Positions 8,690-16,944 of a stretch of DNA of 64,000 nucleotides are shown here, in pieces. A model generated the notes under the pieces. It saw only the letters and a program-made list of their open reading frames with translations, was not told the origin of the DNA and ran no database searches. The translations under genes were made by a program, and so were the position numbers. The stretch is from a virus (Duplodnaviria; Heunggongvirae; Uroviricota; Caudoviricetes): the IMG/VR virus record IMGVR_UViG_3300017917_003521; one strand, 5' to 3'. How positions within the stretch are numbered: position 1 is the stretch's first letter; each line of letters starts with the position of its first letter.

Positions 8690-8822
8690 AAATAAAATTG
8701 AGTATGAAAAAGGTATTAACAGGCGAATTTGAATCAAGTAGAAAGAATTTAAGAAGAGATATAAATAAAAGTGTTTTGACTAAATTAATTAAAAGATTGA
8801 AAAGTAAGAGAAAATAAAATAA

Positions 8823-8897
8823 GCGAAAGTCGTATAGTGGCTATTATATCGCCTTGCCAAGGCGAGGACGGGAGTTCGATTCTCCTCTTTCGCTCCA
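8823..8897 (+). tRNA. tRNA-Gly (GCC), CCA encoded
   Basis: TCGCC-TTGCCAA-GGCGA; ends TCCA. Confidence 0.9.
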
Positions 8898-8938
8898 CCT
8901 GCCGGATGATCCACCGTTGTATCACGGTGCCGGCTCCA

Positions 8939-9012
8939 GGGGGATTAGCTCAGCTGGCTAGAGCGTCTGCCTTGCACGCAGAAGGTCAACGGTTCGACTC
9001 CGTTATCCTCCA
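8939..9012 (+). tRNA. tRNA-Ala (TGC)
   Basis: TCTGC-CTTGCAC-GCAGA, G3-U70. Confidence 0.92.
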
Positions 9013-9031
9013 CTAAAAAAATTAAATTGTT

Positions 9032-9525
9032 ATGAAAAATCAAAGAACTAACAGCTTGGACGCCTAACCAAGAATGAACGAATCGAATTAAGAAAAAAAG
9101 AAATAGGTTCAAAATTAGATAGAAAACTACAAAAGTATTCTAATAGTTTTAATGAAATATTTACTTTCTTTTTGAAATCTTATCGTTCGGGCATTCTTAC
9201 ATTCTGTGGTAGTTCAGTAGATATTGATTTTGATGTCTATGGTATAGAAGGAAAAATGACTTTTAGAAAATATGACAATGGTCAATATCAACAAGGTAAA
9301 CAAATTATAACAAGACATCCTAATATAGTAAAAGGAGTTATAACTGGTAAAAAAAGTTGGGGCTTGTGGGTTAATCAGTGGTCTGATGGTATAGTAGAAG
9401 GAACATTCTCAAAAAGAGAAATATTAGAACAATTTGAGAAATTAAATATTATAATACCAGAATCACTACTAAACGATTTTAATAATAGAATAATAAATAA
9501 AATGAAGAAAAAATATGGATGGTAA
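9032..9525 (+). CDS. Hypothetical protein, probably frameshifted near 9052-9067
   Basis: ATG at 9032 stops at 9067, but the -1 frame is open from 9052 to 9525. Confidence 0.45.
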
Positions 9526-9634
9526 TAAAACTTTCCATATATTTGTATAATAAATATCAACTATCATTTTTCTTTGACAAAAGGTGGTTAAAAAATTTCA
9601 AAGAAATTTGAATTAAAAAGAAAAATGTAATAGT

Positions 9635-10456
9635 ATGAAAACAAAAGACACCTTCGGGGATCGTATGAAAATGTACGAAAACCAAACCTGTGGAATTAGA
9701 TTAATTCCCAGAATTCCAGTAATTGCCCGTCTTGATGGTAAAGGATTCTCTAAATTTACTAAAGGTCTTAAAAGACCGTATGATGAAAGACTATCTAAAT
9801 TGATGATTGAAACTACTAAGTATTTAGTTAAAGAAACTAATGCAAACTGTGGCTATACTCAATCTGATGAAATCACTTTAATGTGGTACACTGATAAGAT
9901 CGATGCTTCAATTTATTTTGATGGTCGTTTATTTAAGATGCTTTCCGATCTTTCGGCTATGGCTTCTGTATTCTTTAATAGAAAACTTAGCGAATATCTT
10001 CCAGAAAAGGCTGATAAGATGCCTAGATTTGATGCTAGAGTTTACAACGTTCCAACTTTAGATGAGGCGATGAATTCATTCCTTTGGAGAGAACAAGATG
10101 CAACTAAGAACTCAATTACTATGGCGGCTTCTCATTATTACTCTCACAAAGAGTTACACGGAAAGAATGGAAATGAAAAACAAGAAATGCTTTTTCAAAA
10201 AGGTGTTAATTGGAATGATTACCCAACTTTCTTCAAGAGGGGTACTTATGTACAAAGAAAAAGAGTTTTAACTCCTTTCAGCGCTGAAGAGATTGAAAAA
10301 CTACCAATTAAACACAATGCTAGAAAAGATCCTAGTATGTTAATTGAAAGATGGGTTATTGATGTGGTTGAATTACCTAAACTATCAAGTATTGAAAATT
10401 CTGTTGAAGTTATTGTTTTTGGTGAAGAACCTAAATTAAAAAGTCCAGTTATTTAA
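9635..10456 (+). CDS. thg1: tRNA(His) guanylyltransferase / Thg1-like 3'-5' polymerase
   Basis: ARLDGKGFSKFTK, GYTQSDEI, FDARV, WREQDATKNSI motifs. Confidence 0.92.
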   Translation: MKTKDTFGDRMKMYENQTCGIRLIPRIPVIARLDGKGFSKFTKGLKRPYDERLSKLMIETTKYLVKETNANCGYTQSDEITLMWYTDKIDASIYFDGRLFKMLSDLSAMASVFFNRKLSEYLPEKADKMPRFDARVYNVPTLDEAMNSFLWREQDATKNSITMAASHYYSHKELHGKNGNEKQEMLFQKGVNWNDYPTFFKRGTYVQRKRVLTPFSAEEIEKLPIKHNARKDPSMLIERWVIDVVELPKLSSIENSVEVIVFGEEPKLKSPVI

Positions 10457-11084
10457 CTGGACTTTCTTCTTTATTAAATATTTTATCTAAGTACATATAG
10501 ATATATTTTCTATACCTATTAACTGTTTTTTCATCACAGTATTTTTTAATATCAAACCAAAGATGACCAGCTTGTCCACCAATACCTCTTTGTAGTCTCT
10601 CCATACCTTCTTCTTTACTTCTAACAACTCTAGATAATTCATTTGCTATAGTGAAAGAAAAAGCCATTACTTCTTCTTTATTAGAGAAATACTCTTTTCT
10701 ATTCAATGGACTTGGTAGTTTGTAATCAATTTGACCTTTTCTTAAACTTTGTTCAGCATGAACTCTTTCATGTCCAATTATGTCTAACATAATATCTTTA
10801 AAATTAGGAATAAATCTAGCAGCATTTTCATCTACTAAAACAAACATAGGCTTTTTTGTAGAAGGATTAAAAAGAGCAAAGAAAGGAACACCGTGTCTCG
10901 GAGGTGCTGTTTTTTTATTTTCTTCACTTAGTGAGTTATAAAACTCATCATAACCAACAACATCGAATCCATTTCTTTCTCCGAATTCTTTAGCGGATTG
11001 AAAAGAGTTAACTGGTGTGTTATCTTCTATTTTTGTAGGCATAATAACTGCCTCGAATAATTCAAATTTTACTAGATGTTTCAT
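10449..11084 (-). CDS. Hypothetical protein with possible HExxH-like site and MKHLVKFE N-terminus
   Basis: GHERVHAEQ ... EEVMAF; TAATATATA motif upstream. Confidence 0.5.
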   Translation of the reverse strand: MKHLVKFELFEAVIMPTKIEDNTPVNSFQSAKEFGERNGFDVVGYDEFYNSLSEENKKTAPPRHGVPFFALFNPSTKKPMFVLVDENAARFIPNFKDIMLDIIGHERVHAEQSLRKGQIDYKLPSPLNRKEYFSNKEEVMAFSFTIANELSRVVRSKEEGMERLQRGIGGQAGHLWFDIKKYCDEKTVNRYRKYIYMYLDKIFNKEESPVK

Positions 11085-11146
11085 AATGTATATATTAATT
11101 GGACTTTTTAATTATTTGTTATATAATTAAAAAAGTGAATTTAAAA

Positions 11147-11731
11147 ATGAAAGTATTAAATATAATAGGACATCCTAATAAAAAGAGCTTTAACTATGCT
11201 ATACATAATAGAGTAAAGGATTTTTGTAAGAAAAATAAAATAGAATATAAGTATATCGATTTATACTTAGATAGATTTGATCCTGTTTTACATGAAAAAG
11301 AATCACCTAATAATCAAAACTTGATAAAAGAATATCAAGAAAAAATAAAATGGGCAGATGCTATAATAATTACATCACCTGTTTGGTGGTTTAGATTAAC
11401 TACTGTTTTAGAAGGATTCTTTGATAAAGTCTTGTCACCTGGTTTTGCTTATAATTTCAAATCACTTACAAAGTTGTATGGTTATCCTCAACCTTTATTA
11501 AGTGATAAAAAAGTTATAACATTTTTAACACATGGTGCTCCTGGTTTGCCAGTAAAAACAATATATGTAAACTCAGTTAAACTTAGATTATTACTTGGTG
11601 TTTATTCATTTTGTTTTGGTTGGTTCAAACAAAAGATATATCAATTTTGGAGTGTGCCTTTTGTAACAGATGATAAAAGAAAATCTTACTTAGAAAAAGT
11701 AGATAAAATTTTAAAGAAAAGATTATTATAA
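11147..11731 (+). CDS. NAD(P)H-dependent oxidoreductase, flavodoxin-like fold (KefF/MdaB family)
   Basis: GHPNKKSFN, WADAIIITSPVWW, LEGFFDKV. Confidence 0.85.
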   Translation: MKVLNIIGHPNKKSFNYAIHNRVKDFCKKNKIEYKYIDLYLDRFDPVLHEKESPNNQNLIKEYQEKIKWADAIIITSPVWWFRLTTVLEGFFDKVLSPGFAYNFKSLTKLYGYPQPLLSDKKVITFLTHGAPGLPVKTIYVNSVKLRLLLGVYSFCFGWFKQKIYQFWSVPFVTDDKRKSYLEKVDKILKKRLL

Positions 11732-11737
11732 TTATAT

Positions 11738-12376
11738 TTGCTTAAAATAGTAAATATGATTAAAGTATTAGGTGAGATTCCAAAGTCAGAATTTGGCATT
11801 GCTTGTTCAGGTGGTGTTGATTCTATGGCTATTCTTGACTTCTTAGTTAAGGGTAAATATAATCCACATGTTCTTTACTTTAATCACAACACCGAACACG
11901 GTCACGAAGCTGAAAAGTTTATCACAGACTACTGCAATCAAAAAAGTCTTAAATTGACTATTGGTAGGACTGATTTAAAACCTGAGACTAATAAAGAAAA
12001 AATCTGGTCTGATTTAAGGTATAATTTTTTTTCAAAGTTTGATTTTCCTATTATTACTTGTCACCATTTAGACGATTGTGTAGAAACTTATTTGTTTTCT
12101 TGTTTAAGGGGATTTCAATCAGTTATTCCTTATTCAAAAGGAAATGTTATTAGACCATTTTTATTAAATGAGAAATCTGAATTTGAAAAGTGGTGTAAAC
12201 AAAAATCTGTACCTTTTATTCAAGACTATTCAAATGATTGTCTAGATTATTCAAGAAATAGAATTAGACATAAAATTGTACCAGAATCTTTACTTGTAAA
12301 TCCAGGACTTAAAACTGTGGTTAGAAAAATGATTAAAATTCAAATTTATAATCAAGTTCAAAATTATTCTTATTAA
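11738..12376 (+). CDS. tilS: tRNA(Ile)-lysidine synthetase, catalytic PP-loop domain only
   Basis: ACSGGVDS, FNH, LRY, HHLDDCVET, IRPFL, YSRNRIRH. Confidence 0.88.
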   Translation: MLKIVNMIKVLGEIPKSEFGIACSGGVDSMAILDFLVKGKYNPHVLYFNHNTEHGHEAEKFITDYCNQKSLKLTIGRTDLKPETNKEKIWSDLRYNFFSKFDFPIITCHHLDDCVETYLFSCLRGFQSVIPYSKGNVIRPFLLNEKSEFEKWCKQKSVPFIQDYSNDCLDYSRNRIRHKIVPESLLVNPGLKTVVRKMIKIQIYNQVQNYSY

Positions 12377-12722
12377 TATGAAATTCTAATCCTTTTATAA
12401 ATTCTGGTCTAACAATTAAAGTACCATCTTGTTGAAGTTTAAGATATTTATCAATGAATATTTCAGGTTCATAGATTTTCATAGATAAATCTCTTTTTAG
12501 ATTATTATAAGGTATTTGTCTATCGGGATGTAAATTATAAATTATTGATTTGTTAAAATTGGCTATATCTAAAACAACTTCTTTTTTTATAGAATCACTT
12601 TGAATTGTCTGAGCATCAGCACTATTTAAACCAAGTGAAAGCATAGCAGATAAAATAAGATTTCTTAAAATTCCTTTTTCTTCATTTAAAACAAAATCGT
12701 TATATTCTTTTATGTACTTCAT
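12333..12722 (-). CDS. Hypothetical protein with MKYIKEY..F N-terminus
   Basis: ORF with TAATATATA motif upstream. Confidence 0.55.
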   Translation of the reverse strand: MKYIKEYNDFVLNEEKGILRNLILSAMLSLGLNSADAQTIQSDSIKKEVVLDIANFNKSIIYNLHPDRQIPYNNLKRDLSMKIYEPEIFIDKYLKLQQDGTLIVRPEFIKGLEFHINKNNFELDYKFEF

Positions 12723-12755
12723 TAAACTATATATTAATTTTTTTATAAAACATTT

Positions 12756-13412
12756 ATGGATTTATTTCACTTTGATATAGAAACTTGTGGTCAGTATAAA
12801 GACTACGATTCTTTTTTAGACTCTGACGAGAGAGGCGCTAGACTTTTTCAATCTAAGTATGAAAAAATGAACTGGTCTGAAAAATATGTCGATATAAACG
12901 AAGCTTATATTGAAAATGCCGGTATAATCTCGACATATGGTAAAATATGTTGTATATCTTTTGGTTATGAATCAAATGGTGAAAAGCATATTAGATCTTT
13001 CTATGGTGATGATGAAAGAGACATAGTTGAATCATTTAACAACTTACTAAAGAAAATAGAATCAAAAAATTTTAGTCTATCAGGATTTAGAATTAATCAC
13101 TTTGATATTCCTTGGGTTCTACATAAACTCCATAAGTATGACATTGAACCAGCTAATATGATTTATCTATATGATAAAAAGCCTTGGGATATGAGAATTG
13201 TAGATATGTCTGATGATTGGAAACAAAAATTTGCTTGGTCATTCTCATTTGACGAAATGTGCTACGAGCTAGGAGTTAAATCACCTAAAGACATAATCAA
13301 TGGTTCTGATGTTCATAAATACTACTGGTCAGGTAGAATAGAAGATATTAAAACTTATTGTGAAAAAGACGTTAGTTCATCAATTGATGCCTCTAAAAAG
13401 TTGTATAAATAA
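12756..13412 (+). CDS. Stand-alone PolB-type 3'-5' exonuclease
   Basis: FDIET, GFRINHFDIPW, YCEKDV (DEDDy). Confidence 0.8.
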   Translation: MDLFHFDIETCGQYKDYDSFLDSDERGARLFQSKYEKMNWSEKYVDINEAYIENAGIISTYGKICCISFGYESNGEKHIRSFYGDDERDIVESFNNLLKKIESKNFSLSGFRINHFDIPWVLHKLHKYDIEPANMIYLYDKKPWDMRIVDMSDDWKQKFAWSFSFDEMCYELGVKSPKDIINGSDVHKYYWSGRIEDIKTYCEKDVSSSIDASKKLYK

Positions 13413-13451
13413 TATTTTTTATTTATCTTTGTGTTTTAAAATAAATCACTA

Positions 13452-13595
13452 TGGGTAAAGTAAAAGAAATTTGTATTGAAATTCAAGAGAAATTTGGAGA
13501 AGAGGTTGAAATCACAGAAGAAGTTTTCAAACAACACCTAATTGAAAAAGGAATTTATAAAGAAACAAAAAACTCAAAAGAGGAAGAAGAGTAAA
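13452..13595 (+). CDS. Small acidic protein MGKVKEICIEIQEKF...
   Basis: About 47-aa ORF between a TAnnTTTG promoter and terminator AAACCATCT-AATTT-AGATGGTTT; end coordinate approximate. Confidence 0.55.
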
Positions 13596-13673
13596 ACCAT
13601 CTAATTTAGATGGTTTTTTTTGTTTATGTAGCCTGTATATACAAATATATACTTGTAAAATATAGTATATAAA

Positions 13674-13859
13674 ATGGCAGCACCAAAAGACAAAATGTTC
13701 TCACTACGAATTCCAGAAAAGCTACTTAATGAGTATAGAGAGTTTTGTGAAGAAAACTCTATTAATATTTCTATGAGATTAAGAAAGTTTATAGAGAGAG
13801 ATTTAGAATCTTGGAGACTAAAAAAGATTCAACAGAGAAAAAATAATTCTCAATCTTAA
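13674..13859 (+). CDS. Ribbon-helix-helix DNA-binding protein
   Basis: MFSLRIPEKLLNEYREFC...ISMRLRKFIE. Confidence 0.7.
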   Translation: MAAPKDKMFSLRIPEKLLNEYREFCEENSINISMRLRKFIERDLESWRLKKIQQRKNNSQS

Positions 13860-13892
13860 TATATACCATTATAATAAAAATAACATTTTAAT

Positions 13893-15290
13893 ATGAAATA
13901 CCTAAAGAGATATGAGAGTTTTATTGATGATGCTTTCAAAAATGTAAATATGAATATAGATAAAGGTTTGTCTATTGTTGAAAAACAAGTTTTAAATGAC
14001 TTCTCTACTAACTTCTGGGAGTTATCATTAAACTCTTCTGTTTTTACAAATGAAGAAAAATTATTTATTAAAGAAAATTTACTAACAACTAAAGTTGATT
14101 TAGTTAATGAAGGTTGGTTAGGCGATACTTTAGGTGCTGTTTGGGATAAAGCTAAAGAAGTTGGTGGTAAAGTTTGGGATAAAGTAAAGTCTAAAATTAC
14201 TATCATTAAAGATAATATTAAAAATTTAGTATCTGGTATTGGTGATTTCTTAAAAAGTATGTTTAAGTCTTTAGGTAATTCAATTATTACTAAGTCAAAT
14301 ACATTAAAAGATAAAGTAAAAACTGAGTTCCCAACTAAAGTTAAAGCTATAATGGATAAAAATAAACCTGATCCTAAAGAATTGAAAACTGAAATTGATC
14401 AATTAAAAGTAACATATACTCACTTAAAAGATTCTATTACTGCTGGTTTATTAGCATCATCAATTAGTAGCTCAGATGATGTTGTTATAAAAGATGCTGA
14501 AGGTCAAATTGGAGAATTAGAAGCAGAATTAAAAGCCGAATCTCAAAATCATGACATTCTTAAAGCTTTCTACATTACTGAAGCTGAAGAAGCTGAAGTA
14601 GAATACAAAGTAGGTGATAAAGTAATCTATAAATCTAAAGAGGGTAAAGAAATCGAAAAAGAGATTATCAAAATAGAAGGTGATAACTTCTTCTTCAAAG
14701 ATAAAGAAGGCAATGAGTTTTCAAAAACTAAATCTGATATAGTAGGAAAAGCTAAAGGAACTGGTGCTAAAATATGGGCTGGTTTCTCTAAATGGTTCTT
14801 AGATATGGAACAAGCAACACCACCTGAGAAAGGTAAAGCTGTTTGGTGGATTAAATTAATTCTTAAAATAGTAGGATTAATCTTATCACCAGTTGTTAAA
14901 GGTTTAGAGGTTGCTGCTAAGTTAATAGCTTCTAATGTTCTTAAAGGCGCTTCTGCTGCTTCTAAGTGGTTAAAAGGACCTGGTGTTTTTGAATTCTTAA
15001 TTTTAGGTGGAATTGTGGCTGGTTTGCCAGCTTTAGTTACAGAAGTAAGTTTACTCTCACATGTAGTACCTGAGCCTTACTCAAAAATATTTGAAGTTGT
15101 TGCTGAATTTTTAACAGAGATAACAGGCATTGAAGGTTTACTTCTTATACTTGGTTCTTTCTGTACAGCAATGACTTTATATCAATTAATTATTGAGTTC
15201 ACACATTTATTTGGTGGTCACGGACACGGTGAAGAAGGACATTCTCCTAAACCAGGTGAAGAAGGTGCAACACCAGCACCAGCGGCTTAA
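13893..15290 (+). CDS. Large hypothetical protein (MKYLKRYESF), SH3/KOW-like insert, hydrophobic C-terminal helices
   Basis: YKVGDKVIYK...KIEGDNFFFKD; hydrophobic C-terminus. Confidence 0.6.
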   Translation: MKYLKRYESFIDDAFKNVNMNIDKGLSIVEKQVLNDFSTNFWELSLNSSVFTNEEKLFIKENLLTTKVDLVNEGWLGDTLGAVWDKAKEVGGKVWDKVKSKITIIKDNIKNLVSGIGDFLKSMFKSLGNSIITKSNTLKDKVKTEFPTKVKAIMDKNKPDPKELKTEIDQLKVTYTHLKDSITAGLLASSISSSDDVVIKDAEGQIGELEAELKAESQNHDILKAFYITEAEEAEVEYKVGDKVIYKSKEGKEIEKEIIKIEGDNFFFKDKEGNEFSKTKSDIVGKAKGTGAKIWAGFSKWFLDMEQATPPEKGKAVWWIKLILKIVGLILSPVVKGLEVAAKLIASNVLKGASAASKWLKGPGVFEFLILGGIVAGLPALVTEVSLLSHVVPEPYSKIFEVVAEFLTEITGIEGLLLILGSFCTAMTLYQLIIEFTHLFGGHGHGEEGHSPKPGEEGATPAPAA

Positions 15291-15306
15291 AATATTTTAG
15301 AAAGTA

Positions 15307-15338
15307 TTTGGTGAATTAAAAAACACACCGTATATTTG
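15307..15338 (+). promoter_or_regulatory. Bacteroidota-type promoter (TTTG-N20-TATATTTG)
   Basis: Consensus match. Confidence 0.65.
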
Positions 15339-15484
15339 TAAAACAATTGAGAGAGGCAACGATTTAGATACAAATTTCAATTTTTTTTACAAATTTTAGA
15401 AAAAAATTAGGCAAACTTAAAACTTTTATCTATATTTGTATAAAATAAGTCAAAAGGAACAAAAACTTTTTAATATATACAACA

Positions 15485-15595
15485 ATGAAAACAATGAATT
15501 TAAATATGAATCTTAATCTAACAGTGGTGAATACGTTATGTATTAGACCAGTGGAGGGTTTTGCCATATCTAAAAATTTGTTTTCAGTCAACTAA
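15485..15595 (+). CDS. Leader peptide 3 MKTMNLNMNLNLTVVNTLCIRPVEGFAISKNLFSVN (putative multi-amino-acid attenuator)
   Basis: 36-aa ORF between promoter cassette and terminator. Confidence 0.75.
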   Translation: MKTMNLNMNLNLTVVNTLCIRPVEGFAISKNLFSVN

Positions 15596-15623
15596 TGTAA
15601 GACAAATAAACTAAAGATAAGTG

Positions 15624-15655
15624 AAACCCTCAGACAAAAATCTGAGGGTTTTTTT
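15624..15655 (+). terminator. Intrinsic terminator/attenuator before the large tRNA array
   Basis: AAACCCTCAGA-CAAAAA-TCTGAGGGTTT plus U-tract. Confidence 0.85.
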
Positions 15656-15723
15656 ATGCCTGTCCTCCTGAACATTTGGTGTTGGTTCGGGAGGACATGA
15701 AAAAGGAAAACACCATACCACAT

Positions 15724-15795
15724 TCCTCGGTAGCTCAGTGGTAGAGCAAACGGCTGTTAACCGTTAGGTCGCTGGTTCGAGCCCAGCCCGGGGAG
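15724..15795 (+). tRNA. tRNA-Asn (GTT)
   Basis: AACGG-CTGTTAA-CCGTT, G73. Confidence 0.92.
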
Positions 15796-15803
15796 CAAAA
15801 CAT

Positions 15804-15888
15804 TGGTAGGTACCCGAGCGGTATTCAGGGACTAGTCTGATACACTAGGTGAGAAATCACGACATGGGTTCAAATCCCATCCTACCAA
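15804..15888 (+). tRNA. tRNA GAT (Ile) with long variable arm
   Basis: CTAGT-CTGATAC-ACTAG; V arm GTGA-GAAA-TCAC; Tyr-like body. Confidence 0.75.
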
Positions 15889-15894
15889 CAACAT

Positions 15895-15966
15895 TCACTG
15901 GTAGCTCAGAGGCAGAGCAGGCGCCTGTTAAGCGTCAGGTCGGGATATCGTAATTCCCCCAGTGAG
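15895..15966 (+). tRNA. tRNA-Asn (GTT), T loop ATCGTAA
   Basis: GGCGC-CTGTTAA-GCGTC. Confidence 0.75.
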
Positions 15967-15972
15967 CAAAAC

Positions 15973-16051
15973 GCCTCAGTAGCCGAGGTCGCCTTCTAAG
16001 CGACTAATCGTAACGGAACTGAAAATGTAGGTTCGAATCCTACCTGGGGTA
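15973..16051 (+). tRNA. D-arm-less rearranged tRNA with TCT (Arg) anticodon
   Basis: GCCTCAG/CTGGGGT acceptor, 8-nt connector, GTCGC-CTTCTAA-GCGAC, 22-nt variable region, canonical T arm. Confidence 0.65.
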
Positions 16052-16057
16052 CAAAAT

Positions 16058-16130
16058 GGTCTCCTCGTCCAACTGGATAGGACATCGGTCTTCTAAACCG
16101 AGAATATGGGTTCGAATCCCGTGGAGACTA
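16058..16130 (+). tRNA. tRNA-Arg (TCT)
   Basis: TCGGT-CTTCTAA-ACCGA. Confidence 0.9.
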
Positions 16131-16138
16131 CAAAAAAT

Positions 16139-16221
16139 GCCGAAGTGGTGGAATGGTAGACACGCTAGCCTTAGGAGCTAGTACCCGAAAGGGTGTGTGG
16201 GTTCGAGTCCCACCTTCGGTA
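16139..16221 (+). tRNA. tRNA-Leu (TAG)
   Basis: CTAGC-CTTAGGA-GCTAG; long V arm. Confidence 0.92.
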
Positions 16222-16227
16222 CAAAAT

Positions 16228-16315
16228 TGGCAGGTAGCCTAGTGGTTCAGGCACCAGACTGTTAATCTGAGAGAAGAAATTCTCAACGTGGGTTCGAATC
16301 CCACCCTGTCAGCCA
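16228..16315 (+). tRNA. tRNA GTT (Asn) with long variable arm, CCA encoded
   Basis: CCAGA-CTGTTAA-TCTGA; V arm GAGAA-GAAA-TTCTC; G73. Confidence 0.75.
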
Positions 16316-16318
16316 AAT

Positions 16319-16391
16319 AGTCCTGTAGCTCAATCGGGGGAGCGCCACTGTTACATAGTGGAGGGAGTCGGATCGTAACCGACCGGGACTA
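16319..16391 (+). tRNA. tRNA-Val (TAC), T loop ATCGTAA
   Basis: CCACT-GTTACAT-AGTGG. Confidence 0.78.
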
Positions 16392-16397
16392 CTAAAA

Positions 16398-16495
16398 TGC
16401 TTTATGCACAATCTTACGATCTCTCAGTTAAAAGCTGTCGTAGGTTTAAGTGATAAAACAATATGTTTATCAGTTGTGAAAAACATAAAGCACCA
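16398..16495 (+). ncRNA. Three-way-junction RNA ending in CCA
   Basis: TGCTTTATG/CATAAAGCA plus CACAA/TTGTG closing two hairpins; 3' end GCA-CCA. Confidence 0.55.
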
Positions 16496-16496
16496 T

Positions 16497-16570
16497 TGGA
16501 ACATAGCTCAATTGGTTAGAGCATTCGCCTGATACGCGAAAGGTTATGAGTTCGAGTCTCATTGTTCCAA
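16497..16570 (+). tRNA. tRNA-Ile (GAT)
   Basis: TTCGC-CTGATAC-GCGAA. Confidence 0.92.
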
Positions 16571-16578
16571 CAACAAAT

Positions 16579-16661
16579 GGTACTGTGGCCGAGTGGTGTC
16601 GAAAGACGAGAGGCACAGATCTGCAAAATCTGTCACACTGGTTCGAATCCAGTCAGTACCT
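16579..16661 (+). tRNA. tRNA-Cys (GCA) with hairpin inserted in the D loop
   Basis: CAGAT-CTGCAAA-ATCTG; GTC-GAAA-GAC in D loop; U73. Confidence 0.85.
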
Positions 16662-16667
16662 CAACAT

Positions 16668-16739
16668 TGTTCTGTAGCTTAATGGGAAAGCGCTACCTTG
16701 ACATGGTAGAGAGAGTCGGATCGTTACCGACCAGAACAA
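16668..16739 (+). tRNA. tRNA-Val (GAC), T loop ATCGTTA
   Basis: CTACC-TTGACAT-GGTAG. Confidence 0.8.
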
Positions 16740-16745
16740 CTACAA

Positions 16746-16821
16746 GCCTCTATAGCTTTAACGGTAGAGCACCGCACTTGTAATGCGGGGGTTGGCGGTT
16801 CGAATCCGTCTGGAGGCTCCA
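16746..16821 (+). tRNA. tRNA-Thr (TGT), CCA encoded
   Basis: CCGCA-CTTGTAA-TGCGG. Confidence 0.92.
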
Positions 16822-16843
16822 AATAATGGATGGTGATTAAGAG

Positions 16844-16917
16844 TGTTACTTCGTGAAATTGGTATACACATTTGTCCTAAAAACAAACTTTTGAGGGTTC
16901 AAGTCCCTCAGTAAAAT
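16844..16917 (+). tRNA. Leu-like tRNA (TAA, C33) lacking the V arm, embedded in a long outer helix
   Basis: Leu-type D arm GTG-AAATTGGTATA-CAC; TTTGT-CCTAAAA-ACAAA; weak acceptor. Confidence 0.5.
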
Positions 16918-16944
16918 CACTCTTTAGACTTTCCTCCATTATAT

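Noticed and set aside
16823-16942. Y RNA (YrlA) assignment
   Set aside because: YrlA has its ends at the anticodon-stem position and usually a Ro60/Rsr gene nearby; here the ends extend the acceptor and no Rsr is seen.
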